From a candidate division WOR-3 bacterium (GTDB taxonomy: Bacteria > Hydrothermota > Tepidihabitantia > SM23-42 > JAOAFX01), in NCBI GenBank assembly GCA_037444665.1, contig JBBILZ010000043.1:1-20653 (forward strand): 20,653 bases of DNA. Direction: 5' to 3'. This document shows, one piece after another, positions 1 through 7,204 of this stretch. Positions within the stretch are counted from its first letter, which is position 1. Each line of letters starts with the position of its first letter. The translations under genes were made by a program, and so were the position numbers. Under the pieces are notes generated by a model. It made no database searches, was not told the origin of the DNA, and saw only the letters and a program-made list of their open reading frames with translations.

Positions 1-1
1 T

Positions 2-358
2 GGTAGAGATTCACGGATATTTTTATATTTCTTTGAAAATTTTCAGGTGCCACTGGGTGCTACTATGTTTTCTCTCTTAGCATTCTTTGTTGCCTCGGCT
101 TCATTCCGTGCATTCCGTGCGAAGACGCCAGAGGCAACATTGTTATTGATTGCAGCAGTCGTCGTAATGATTGGCAGGATTCCTATTGGTTATTTAATAT
201 GGCACGGTTTTCCTGACCTGGTAGAATGGATTATGCAGGTTCCGAATACTGCAGCAAAGCGCGGCATTCTCTTCGGGATTGATTTGGGATTGATCTCTAT
301 GGCATTGCGCGTGCTCCTGGGTATTGAAAGGAGTTATATGGGAGGAGCGCGTGAGTAA
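2..358 (+). CDS. Uncharacterised multi-pass membrane protein, 5'-truncated by the window edge
   Basis: Frame is open from position 2 (GRDSRIFLYFFENFQVPLGATMFSLLAFF...), so the GTG at 47 is probably not the true start. About 3 hydrophobic segments; motifs SASFRAFRAKT and PNTAAKRGILFG...LRVLLGIER. Stop TAA at 356-358. Confidence 0.8.
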   Translation, partial: GRDSRIFLYFFENFQVPLGATMFSLLAFFVASASFRAFRAKTPEATLLLIAAVVVMIGRIPIGYLIWHGFPDLVEWIMQVPNTAAKRGILFGIDLGLISMALRVLLGIERSYMGGARE

Positions 359-379
359 AATATTTATTAAGGTTGTGCT

Positions 380-1201
380 ATGAATCTTATTGAACGCTTG
401 AGCAAATTAGATAGAAGGATTATTTTTCTGCTTGTCGCACTGGCAGTCATTATTCCGATGCTTGTGCCACTTAATCTACCTGTGGATATTACAAAACCAG
501 TAATAAATGTCTATCAAAAGATTGAATCTCTACCTGAAGGTTCAGTAGTGCTCATTTCTACAGATTATGACCCGGGTAGTGAGGCAGAACTCTATCCAGC
601 GACCGAGGCAGTAATTGAACATTGTTTTCGCAAGAATTTAAAGGTATATATGATGGGTTTATGGCCAGCTGGCAGTGAATTGGGTAATGTGGCTTTAAAT
701 CAGATTGCCCAAATATATAATAAAAAATATGGTGAGGATTATATAAATGTGGGTTATCGGCCGGGTGGTGCAATTATGCTCTTGAGTTTAGGCCGTAATT
801 TTGCCGATGTAATAAAGGTTGATTATCAGGGTGTCCCTATTGATTCATTCCCCTTAGGGAAGAAAGTAAAATCGGCAAAAGATCTGGGACTGGTTATGAC
901 CTTTTCTGCTGGAGACCCTGGTATATTACACTGGATAATCTATTTCCATGCCCGCTATGGTATTCCAATCTGCGGTGCGACCACTGCAATTATGGCACCG
1001 CAACAGTATGCATATTTAAGTTCTGGGCAGCTGGTTGGACTTTTAGGTGGACTAAAGGGTGCAGCAGAATATGAGACCCTTGTGAATAAAAAGGGCAGGG
1101 GGTTAAAGGGAATGGATGCACAGTCCATTGTTCATCTTCTGCTTGTCGGATTCATCGTTCTCGGTAATGTGATACTGGTCTATCAGCGGAGGAAAAAATG
1201 A
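380..1201 (+). CDS. Uncharacterised membrane-anchored protein (N- and C-terminal TM helices around an alpha/beta soluble domain)
   Basis: 273-aa ORF. N-terminal TM RIIFLLVALAVIIPML and C-terminal TM SIVHLLLVGFIVLGNVILV. Motif GQLVGLLGGLKGAAEYE. Stop overlaps the next start (ATGA 1198-1201). Confidence 0.85.
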   Translation: MNLIERLSKLDRRIIFLLVALAVIIPMLVPLNLPVDITKPVINVYQKIESLPEGSVVLISTDYDPGSEAELYPATEAVIEHCFRKNLKVYMMGLWPAGSELGNVALNQIAQIYNKKYGEDYINVGYRPGGAIMLLSLGRNFADVIKVDYQGVPIDSFPLGKKVKSAKDLGLVMTFSAGDPGILHWIIYFHARYGIPICGATTAIMAPQQYAYLSSGQLVGLLGGLKGAAEYETLVNKKGRGLKGMDAQSIVHLLLVGFIVLGNVILVYQRRKK

Positions 1202-1815
1202 TAAATACCTTAGGAATATGGATTGCCGCAGTCTTAACCCTTGCCATATACTCATTTTTGTATAAGGATAATCCATTCTATAAAATTGCTGAAAATATCT
1301 TTGTTGGTGTCTCGGCTGGATATTGGGCAGTTGTTCTATGGTTTGATTTTGCCTGGCCCAATTTATTTGAGCCTCTTTTCTACCGGGGTCAATGGTATAA
1401 TGTCTTTCCTGTATTTATTGGACTTTTGATGTTTGCACCACTCATTCCCAAAATTTCCTGGATGATTCGCATTCCGCTAACATTCACGATGGGCATTTCT
1501 ATGGCTGTCTTTATAACTCAGATTGTTCAGGGAGATATCTTTCCCCAGTTGCAGGCAACATTCCTGCCTTTAAAAGGTGTTCCTGCTTTTACTACATTTT
1601 CCAATCTTTTGATTATCATTGGTGTAATCTTCACGCTTATCTATTTCTATTTTTCTAAAGAGCATAAAGGACCATTAGGTGTCTTTGCCAGGATTGGTAT
1701 CTGGTTTATGATGGTTTCATTCGGTGCTTCGTTCGGATACACAATTATGGCTCGTGTATCACTATTTATTGGTAGGGTATATTTTTTGCTACATAACTGG
1801 TTGGGAGTAATATAA
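1198..1815 (+). CDS. Uncharacterised polytopic membrane protein (about 6 TM)
   Basis: 205 aa, almost all hydrophobic. SD GGAGG 1188-1192. Motifs YSFLYKDNPFYKIAENIFVGVSAGY and MVSFGASFGYTIMARVS. Its stop directly abuts the next ATG. Confidence 0.85.
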   Translation: MINTLGIWIAAVLTLAIYSFLYKDNPFYKIAENIFVGVSAGYWAVVLWFDFAWPNLFEPLFYRGQWYNVFPVFIGLLMFAPLIPKISWMIRIPLTFTMGISMAVFITQIVQGDIFPQLQATFLPLKGVPAFTTFSNLLIIIGVIFTLIYFYFSKEHKGPLGVFARIGIWFMMVSFGASFGYTIMARVSLFIGRVYFLLHNWLGVI

Positions 1816-2652
1816 ATGGCTGACTGTGAGATTAATCTAAAGGAATTTAATCTTTCTGATATACTACAATTTCTTACTTACTTGAAAAAGACCGGTGTGG
1901 TCAGAGTAAGTGGTGAATTGAATGGTGAGATATATTTAAGGGATGGTAATATTGTGCATGCAACCGATGGTACAGAAAAAGGATTTGAATCATTGCTCAA
2001 TCTTTCCCTGGTTAATCTTGAACGGGCAGTTTTTGAGGTAGGTATAAAGGCAACCGAACACACAATCTCTGAAGATGTGGGAAAATTGACCGAAACTATT
2101 GAAAGGCGAAGGATTGAATTTGAGCAGATTAAGGAACATTTGCCACCACGCGATGCAGTGCTTGCAAAATCAACAAAAGAATTACCGAGTGCGGTTGCCC
2201 TGCGCCGAACTGACTGGCAGGTTCTGGCAATGGTTGATGGCAAAAGGACCATTAATGAAATTATTGCCCAGTCAAAATTGGGTGGATATGAAACCATAAA
2301 GACCATTATCTGGCTAAAAGAACAGGGTTTGATTTATGACCCCAGGGAAGCAGAAAGGTTAATGGCTGGTTTGATTCATTATTTAAATGCATTTTTTAAA
2401 ATTTTTGGTAAACATGGTTTGAATTGGTTCAGAAGATGGTGCGAGCAAAATTCGCAAGAACATTCAATTAGCTCGGCACTGAAGGTTAATGAGGATACCT
2501 TTGAGATTGTTGTGCAGAGTCCAATGTCCCAGGAACAGATTGATGACTTCAGGAAAAAGTTTGATAAATTTCTTGATACGGAAGGTCCTCTGGTCTATGG
2601 AAAATTACTGTTCAAGAAAAAACTTGAAGAACTCCGTGCCGAATTGAAATAG
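1816..2652 (+). CDS. DUF4388 (PatA-N-like) domain protein with a wHTH-like subdomain and helical C-terminal domain
   Basis: N-terminus LKEFNLSDILQFL...KTGVVRV...GEIYLRDGNIVHA fits the DUF4388 pattern. DWQVLAMVDGKRTINEII...LKEQGLI is the wHTH-like segment usual in these proteins. Confidence 0.8.
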   Translation: MADCEINLKEFNLSDILQFLTYLKKTGVVRVSGELNGEIYLRDGNIVHATDGTEKGFESLLNLSLVNLERAVFEVGIKATEHTISEDVGKLTETIERRRIEFEQIKEHLPPRDAVLAKSTKELPSAVALRRTDWQVLAMVDGKRTINEIIAQSKLGGYETIKTIIWLKEQGLIYDPREAERLMAGLIHYLNAFFKIFGKHGLNWFRRWCEQNSQEHSISSALKVNEDTFEIVVQSPMSQEQIDDFRKKFDKFLDTEGPLVYGKLLFKKKLEELRAELK

Positions 2653-2665
2653 AAAGGAGTGGTGA

Positions 2666-3448
2666 ATGGAGATATTGGATAAGATACCAGGCGTAATAAA
2701 TTATGCTGTGGTCAATGCCGAGGATGGCTCAATTGAGAAGATAAAGGGTTCGTCAACTTCACCGATTGGTGACCTCACTGCATTCTTCTCCTCGGCAGCA
2801 GAGGTGATAAAGAATACGCTGGGACTGGGTGAAATAAATTTTGTATCACTCTGTTACGGCGCAAATCGTTTGATAATATTTATTCATAATAATAAGTATC
2901 TTGGTATTGAAGTGGAGCGGGAAGCAAAGCCCTCTGAGGTAATTGAAAAGATAAATGCTCAGTTGTCTTTGATTGGAGAAGAGAAGAAAGAGGTAGTGAT
3001 AGAAAAGAAGGAAGAAGTAGAAGAAAAGGTCGTGGAAAAAGAAGAGCGACCAGAGGTTCAGGTTGTTGAGGAGAAAACAGTTGAAGAGGTTAAACCAGCC
3101 CCGGCTCCAGTCAAAGAAGAAATTAAATTACCAAGGAGCATCAGTTCAAAATTGATGCAGATAAATCTATTGATTGATGAATTTGGTAGTGGTGGTAAAA
3201 AGGCACACTGGCTTGATATTCTGAATCAAGGTTTGGGCGTAATTGCTACAGATATTCTGCCCATCGTTGGTATCATTGGTGAAAAAATGGAATTCAAACA
3301 GAATCCACCTCCAGAAAAAGAGGATGACATTGTCCAGATACTGAGAACCTTGATTGATTTTCTGGTCAAAAAAGCAGTGGAAGAGATAGGTTCTTCTCAG
3401 GCACGGGTTAAAGTTCAGGCAGTCATTGAAAAGATGAAACAGTTATGA
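2666..3448 (+). CDS. Roadblock/LC7 (MglB-like) domain protein with an acidic low-complexity linker and helical C-terminal domain
   Basis: First ~100 aa (LDKIPGVINYAVVNAEDG...LGLGEINFVSL...RLIIF...YLGIEV) match the Roadblock/LC7 pattern. SD AAGGAG just upstream. Confidence 0.7.
   Translation: MEILDKIPGVINYAVVNAEDGSIEKIKGSSTSPIGDLTAFFSSAAEVIKNTLGLGEINFVSLCYGANRLIIFIHNNKYLGIEVEREAKPSEVIEKINAQLSLIGEEKKEVVIEKKEEVEEKVVEKEERPEVQVVEEKTVEEVKPAPAPVKEEIKLPRSISSKLMQINLLIDEFGSGGKKAHWLDILNQGLGVIATDILPIVGIIGEKMEFKQNPPPEKEDDIVQILRTLIDFLVKKAVEEIGSSQARVKVQAVIEKMKQL
2978..3127 (+). repeat. Purine-rich low-complexity region encoding an E/K/V/P-rich linker
   Basis: EEKKEVVIEKKEEVEEKVVEKEERPEVQVVEEKTVEEVKPAPAPVKEEIK, encoded by GAA/AAG-rich DNA. 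Confidence 0.7.
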
Positions 3449-3461
3449 GGGGGTGAAGGTT

Positions 3462-4049
3462 ATGAACGAAGAAATACTGAATAAAATTGAGGAGCGTGGT
3501 CTGGGTCTGCCTTTTATTGTGAAAAAAGATGGCGAGACCATTACTTCACATGGAGGAGAAACAAATAAAGCAAAATTTTCTCAAACTGGCACTGTGCTAT
3601 TTGAATCTATTGGCGCTGTGGGTGGAATAAAAATTGATGTGATTGAAATTGTGGGAAGTAATCAGAGTTTGCTCTGCGATATTTCTGAAGAAGAGTTGAT
3701 CGGACACATCTATGCGACATCCCAGATGTCCATACTTGATAATATCTGGAATGCGATAAAAGATATAAGGGCAAAACAAAAGGAAGGGGTCGTTGAAGTA
3801 GAGAAGCCCAAAGAGAAATTTGCACCTGAATTTCTTGAGCAATTGAAGGCGATTGTCCAGGATTATCTTGGTGATTTTACAGAAAGGGTTTATCAGAATC
3901 AACTCAAAGCACAGCGCATAAAGATTGAAGAGCTTTATGAAGAGGATCTAAAAAGATTCATTTTTGCACTTGGCAAGGCAGCTGGAATGATTATTGGTCC
4001 GACAAAAGGTAAGGATTTGACCAATAAACTTCTTGCAAAATTAAAATGA
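3462..4049 (+). CDS. Hypothetical protein, probably a divergent Roadblock-like N-domain plus a helical C-domain
   Basis: ATG 3462 is preferred over GTG 3453 because the SD GAGGGGGTGA at 3447-3456 sits 5 nt before it. FIVKKDGETI...GIKIDVIEIVG...LLC pattern resembles Roadblock. C-terminal YLGDFTERV / IIGPTKG helical motifs. Confidence 0.65.
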   Translation: MNEEILNKIEERGLGLPFIVKKDGETITSHGGETNKAKFSQTGTVLFESIGAVGGIKIDVIEIVGSNQSLLCDISEEELIGHIYATSQMSILDNIWNAIKDIRAKQKEGVVEVEKPKEKFAPEFLEQLKAIVQDYLGDFTERVYQNQLKAQRIKIEELYEEDLKRFIFALGKAAGMIIGPTKGKDLTNKLLAKLK

Positions 4050-4146
4050 TAAGATATAATCAGTATCAAAGATGGACATTTGAAATCTGGAATCTCTTTA
4101 GAATTTCTATAACCGGTTTTGGAACTAAAAAAATATAGGAGGTTCT

Positions 4147-4515
4147 ATGTCCTTAATATTATTTTCTGCACCATTCGGGATAGAAGAGTCTACCTATCAG
4201 GCACTGGCAATAATCCCGAATTATGTGCTGGTAGTTGGTGCAATTTTATTATGGCTCGCCTTCATTTTTTTGGGAATCATTGCGCGCCGTTATGAAATTG
4301 TGCTTGGTGAAAAAACCAACTGGCAATTTATGGTTATTGCACCCACAGGTATTTTGCTCTTTGCTTTAATCCAATTGATATTTTGCGGAATAGGCGGCAA
4401 GATGATGTTGCCCAAAGGCGGTATAAATTATCTTGCATATGGTCTATTCTTTCTCTCAGGTATTCTCTCGGTTGTGGCAAACTTAAAATTTTATGGAGTC
4501 ACTAAGGGAAAGTAA
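4147..4515 (+). CDS. Small 3-TM membrane protein of unknown function (paralog A)
   Basis: 122 aa; SD AGGAGG before ATG; three hydrophobic segments. Confidence 0.8.
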   Translation: MSLILFSAPFGIEESTYQALAIIPNYVLVVGAILLWLAFIFLGIIARRYEIVLGEKTNWQFMVIAPTGILLFALIQLIFCGIGGKMMLPKGGINYLAYGLFFLSGILSVVANLKFYGVTKGK

Positions 4516-4524
4516 AGATTCAGA

Positions 4525-4620
4525 AAAGGTTATTAGGTTTGGGTTAAGATGCTGGATAATCTTGGTAAGATAACAATTCGTATAATGGTTAAATCTTACA
4601 AGCATCCTAACCTTTACCTT
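4525..4620. repeat. Long imperfect intergenic inverted repeat (hairpin)
   Basis: GGGTTAAGATGCT (4541-4553) pairs with AGCATCCTAACCT (4601-4613). GTAAGAT (4565-4571) pairs with ATCTTAC (4593-4599). AACAATT pairs with AATGGTT (1 mismatch) around loop CGTAT. An alternative register pairs AAAGGTTA (4525-4532) with TAACCTTT (4608-4615). Confidence 0.65.
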
Positions 4621-4646
4621 CATACTATCTTTAACAAGGAGGTTTT

Positions 4647-4997
4647 ATGAGGGCAGATTTAATTGCGGAAATTATTTTTATTGTGGCAATATTACTTGCC
4701 ATTATTTCGCTTATCATCTTCGGCCTTATCTTGAAGAGGCTCCTCAATTTAATAGGTGGAAAGGGCATCTGGGTCTTTCCTTTGATTGGCTGTCTATTCC
4801 TGGTTGCAATGGCGGTATTCCATTTATATCGTATCATCTTCTACTTTCCGCTCTTGAGCGTTGCTGGTCCAGGCGACCTTTTTGATTTAATCATTGGTTC
4901 TCTTGCCCTTGCTCGGTATGAGAGTTTTCTCTTTCTTGGTGCTGGTCTTTTCCCTTTGATCGGTGGAATACTTTATTATAGTGCAAGTTCAAAATGA
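4647..4997 (+). CDS. Small 3-TM membrane protein of unknown function (paralog B)
   Basis: 116 aa; SD AAGGAGG before ATG; three hydrophobic segments; shares motifs with 4147..4515. Confidence 0.8.
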   Translation: MRADLIAEIIFIVAILLAIISLIIFGLILKRLLNLIGGKGIWVFPLIGCLFLVAMAVFHLYRIIFYFPLLSVAGPGDLFDLIIGSLALARYESFLFLGAGLFPLIGGILYYSASSK

Positions 4998-5000
4998 CCC

Positions 5001-5028
5001 TTGACATTTTTCATAAAATAATTATAAT
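5001..5028 (+). promoter_or_regulatory. Sigma70-type promoter for exbB-exbD-exbD-tonB
   Basis: Perfect TTGACA (5001-5006), 16-nt spacer, perfect TATAAT (5023-5028). AAGGAGG and ATG 5056 follow. Confidence 0.8.
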
Positions 5029-5055
5029 GTAGGGTATAGAAAGGAGGTTTATTCT

Positions 5056-5679
5056 ATGATCAGGGAATTTTCTATTGGCGGTGGTGTGATGTGGTTGTTA
5101 TTGATTTGTATCATTTTAGCATTGGGTATTGTTCTTGAGCGTCTTTTCTCTCTTTTAATAAAAATAAGACTGAATCCAAAGAGTTTTTTGGAGAAACTTA
5201 TTTCAACGATTGATGCCCAGGGTCTTGACGCGGGCATAGCTTTATGTGACCAGACAGCTTCACCCGCAGCAAAGATTGCCAAGGTGATATTAGAAAAGGG
5301 AGATAAAGGTAAGGATGCAATGGAAGAGGTGGCGGCGCGTGCTGCCGCAATTGAACTCGCTTTTCTGGATAGAGGAATGGCACTACTGGCAGGTTTGACC
5401 ACGGTTGCCCCATTTCTTGGATTCTTGGGAACAGTAACAGGTATGATTAGGGCATTTGCAGCAATTGCTATGGCAGGCGAGGTTGAGCCTACGATTGTTG
5501 CCAGTGGTATTTCTGAGGCATTGATCACAACCAAATGGGGTCTGATTATTGCAACTCCACTTGCTATTCTCCATATTCTCTTTGCGGGTAAAGTGGATGG
5601 ATATACAAAAGATATGGAGGAAGTTGCTGCGGGTCTGATTGATTATATGATTGAACATTATCCCAAAAGGAAAAAATAG
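5056..5679 (+). CDS. exbB: MotA/TolQ/ExbB proton channel family protein
   Basis: GG.VMWLL...IVLERL N-terminus, APFLGFLGTVTGMIRAF and GISEALITT signatures. Followed by exbD, exbD and tonB. Confidence 0.92.
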   Translation: MIREFSIGGGVMWLLLICIILALGIVLERLFSLLIKIRLNPKSFLEKLISTIDAQGLDAGIALCDQTASPAAKIAKVILEKGDKGKDAMEEVAARAAAIELAFLDRGMALLAGLTTVAPFLGFLGTVTGMIRAFAAIAMAGEVEPTIVASGISEALITTKWGLIIATPLAILHILFAGKVDGYTKDMEEVAAGLIDYMIEHYPKRKK

Positions 5680-6144
5680 ATGGAATTGAGGCAAAAGAAA
5701 AAATATCAAGCCCATATTCCTACTGCCTCAATGGGTGATATTGCATTTTTGATCATCATTTTCTTTATGACCACAACTGTATTTACCAGGGAAAAAGGTA
5801 TTAAGATGCTTCTGCCTGAAAAAGCCGAGACTGAGACCAAGGTCAAACCAGAGAATGTAGTTTCAATTCTGATAAACCCTGAGGGTGCATTAAAACTGAG
5901 GGCAGCGGGTTATGATGGAATTGACATATCTCCCCAGCAATATAGTGAGGTGCGAAGAATCGTTGAAGAAAAACTTTTGGAAAGGGACACTTTGCTCGTG
6001 GTTTCCTTGAAAACGAGTAAAGATGCTCAATACCAGGCGATGATAGGAGTGCTTGACCAGATAAAGCTCGCAAAAGTGGTCACCCAGGATGGCAGAGAAT
6101 TAAAGGCAAATAAAATAAGTCTTATCCCAACGAGTGAGGAATAA
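5680..6144 (+). CDS. exbD: Biopolymer transporter ExbD/TolR family protein (copy 1)
   Basis: IPTASMGDIAFLIIIFFMTTT TM segment with the conserved Asp; C-terminal YQAMIGVLDQIK motif. Confidence 0.9.
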   Translation: MELRQKKKYQAHIPTASMGDIAFLIIIFFMTTTVFTREKGIKMLLPEKAETETKVKPENVVSILINPEGALKLRAAGYDGIDISPQQYSEVRRIVEEKLLERDTLLVVSLKTSKDAQYQAMIGVLDQIKLAKVVTQDGRELKANKISLIPTSEE

Positions 6145-6560
6145 TGCGTAAAAGTATTATCAGAAGGTTCACCAGAACGCCTGAAATTCCTACTGCCTCA
6201 ACTGCTGATGTTGCCTTTCTTTTAATACTTTTCTTTATGGTCACCACGGTGTTCAGGGCAACTTCCCTTAATCTAAAGATTGTGCTACCCAAGGCAAAGT
6301 CTACAGAAAGGATTCTTATCCGAAGAAATATTACCCATATCTGGGTTGATAATAATGGGCGCGTATTTATTGATGATAGTCTTGTTCCTAAGGAGCGGGT
6401 CAGTTCAAAGATCTCACCCAAGGTTGCGGAAAATCCTGAGCTGGTTACAATCTTAAATATCCATAGCGATATTGAATATGGCACAGTGGATGTGATACTT
6501 GACCAATTAAAAGAGTCCCGGGCATTTAAGATTACATTTGCTACAGAATTTGGAGGATGA
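6144..6560 (+). CDS. exbD: Biopolymer transporter ExbD/TolR family protein (copy 2)
   Basis: IPTASTADVAFLLILFFMVTT with the conserved Asp; LPKA; YGTVDVILDQLK...KITFAT. TAATG overlap with copy 1. Confidence 0.9.
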   Translation: MRKSIIRRFTRTPEIPTASTADVAFLLILFFMVTTVFRATSLNLKIVLPKAKSTERILIRRNITHIWVDNNGRVFIDDSLVPKERVSSKISPKVAENPELVTILNIHSDIEYGTVDVILDQLKESRAFKITFATEFGG

Positions 6561-6561
6561 G

Positions 6562-7170
6562 ATGCGTGACCATAAATTGATGTATGGGATATATTTCCGG
6601 ACAGGAATGTTTATCGGTATAATTATGTTAATTCTACTATTTCTGTTCTTGCCCTATGCTGAGGTAGAACCTTATAAATTGAGAAAAGAGGTTGTGACAA
6701 TGGTAGAAGAGATTTCTGCGGAGATTGAAAAGTATGAAGAACCTCCGCCTGTGGAGAGGCCAAAGGTCGCTGTTGCTGCTGCCCCATCTGAAGTTACTGA
6801 AGAAGCAGTTGAGACAATTGCCGCAACTGAATTTCGGGAGGATATCATTAGAACCCAGCCCACAGGTCCGGAAATAGAGATTGTTCCTTATTTTAAGGTA
6901 GAGGTAAAACCACAACCTATCTCAATGCCTGCACCAGAATGGCCCGAACTTGTAAAAAGGGCAGGCATTGAAGGCAGTCTACAGGTGAAGTTCTTGGTGA
7001 ATGTTGATGGCACTGTTATGGATGTCCAGATTGTGAAGTCCAGTGGCAATCAATTACTTGATGAGGCAGCAGTGGCGAGTGTGTGGAAATATAGATTTAC
7101 TCCGGCAAAACAGCGGGATAAACTCGTAAGGGTATGGGTCTTTAGAAAAATAGAATTTAAATTTGAGTAA
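6562..7170 (+). CDS. tonB: Energy transducer TonB
   Basis: ATG 6562 follows SD GGAGG 6552-6556 (the ORF track's 6538 start overlaps exbD). N-terminal TM, Pro/Glu-rich linker, and TonB_C domain PEWPELVKRAGIEGSLQVKFLVNVDGTV...SSGNQLLDEAAV...RFTPAKQ. Confidence 0.92.
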   Translation: MRDHKLMYGIYFRTGMFIGIIMLILLFLFLPYAEVEPYKLRKEVVTMVEEISAEIEKYEEPPPVERPKVAVAAAPSEVTEEAVETIAATEFREDIIRTQPTGPEIEIVPYFKVEVKPQPISMPAPEWPELVKRAGIEGSLQVKFLVNVDGTVMDVQIVKSSGNQLLDEAAVASVWKYRFTPAKQRDKLVRVWVFRKIEFKFE

Positions 7171-7176
7171 TTACCC

Positions 7177-7204
7177 TTGACAATCTTTATTTCTTTAATA
7201 TAAT
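7177..7204 (+). promoter_or_regulatory. Sigma70-type promoter for the lipoprotein-TBDT-CTD protein-PorV operon
   Basis: Perfect TTGACA (7177-7182), 16-nt spacer, perfect TATAAT (7199-7204). Preceded by ACCC, like the 5001 promoter. Confidence 0.8.

Noticed and set aside
4050..4146. Intergenic TATAAT and short near-palindrome TAGAATTTCTA
   Set aside because: No convincing -35 element at proper spacing and no stable stem; not distinguishable from AT-rich background.
5007..5030. Possible Fur box or operator in the AT-rich exbB promoter (ATAATTAT palindrome)
   Set aside because: Poor match to GATAATGATAATCATTATC, and short AT palindromes are expected by chance at this base composition.
5056..7170. 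Tol-Pal (tolQRA), flagellar MotAB or gliding AglRQS assignment
   Set aside because: No tolB/pal, no OmpA-like peptidoglycan-binding domain and no TPR-TonB gliding partner. A short TonB_C protein and a TBDT follow directly.
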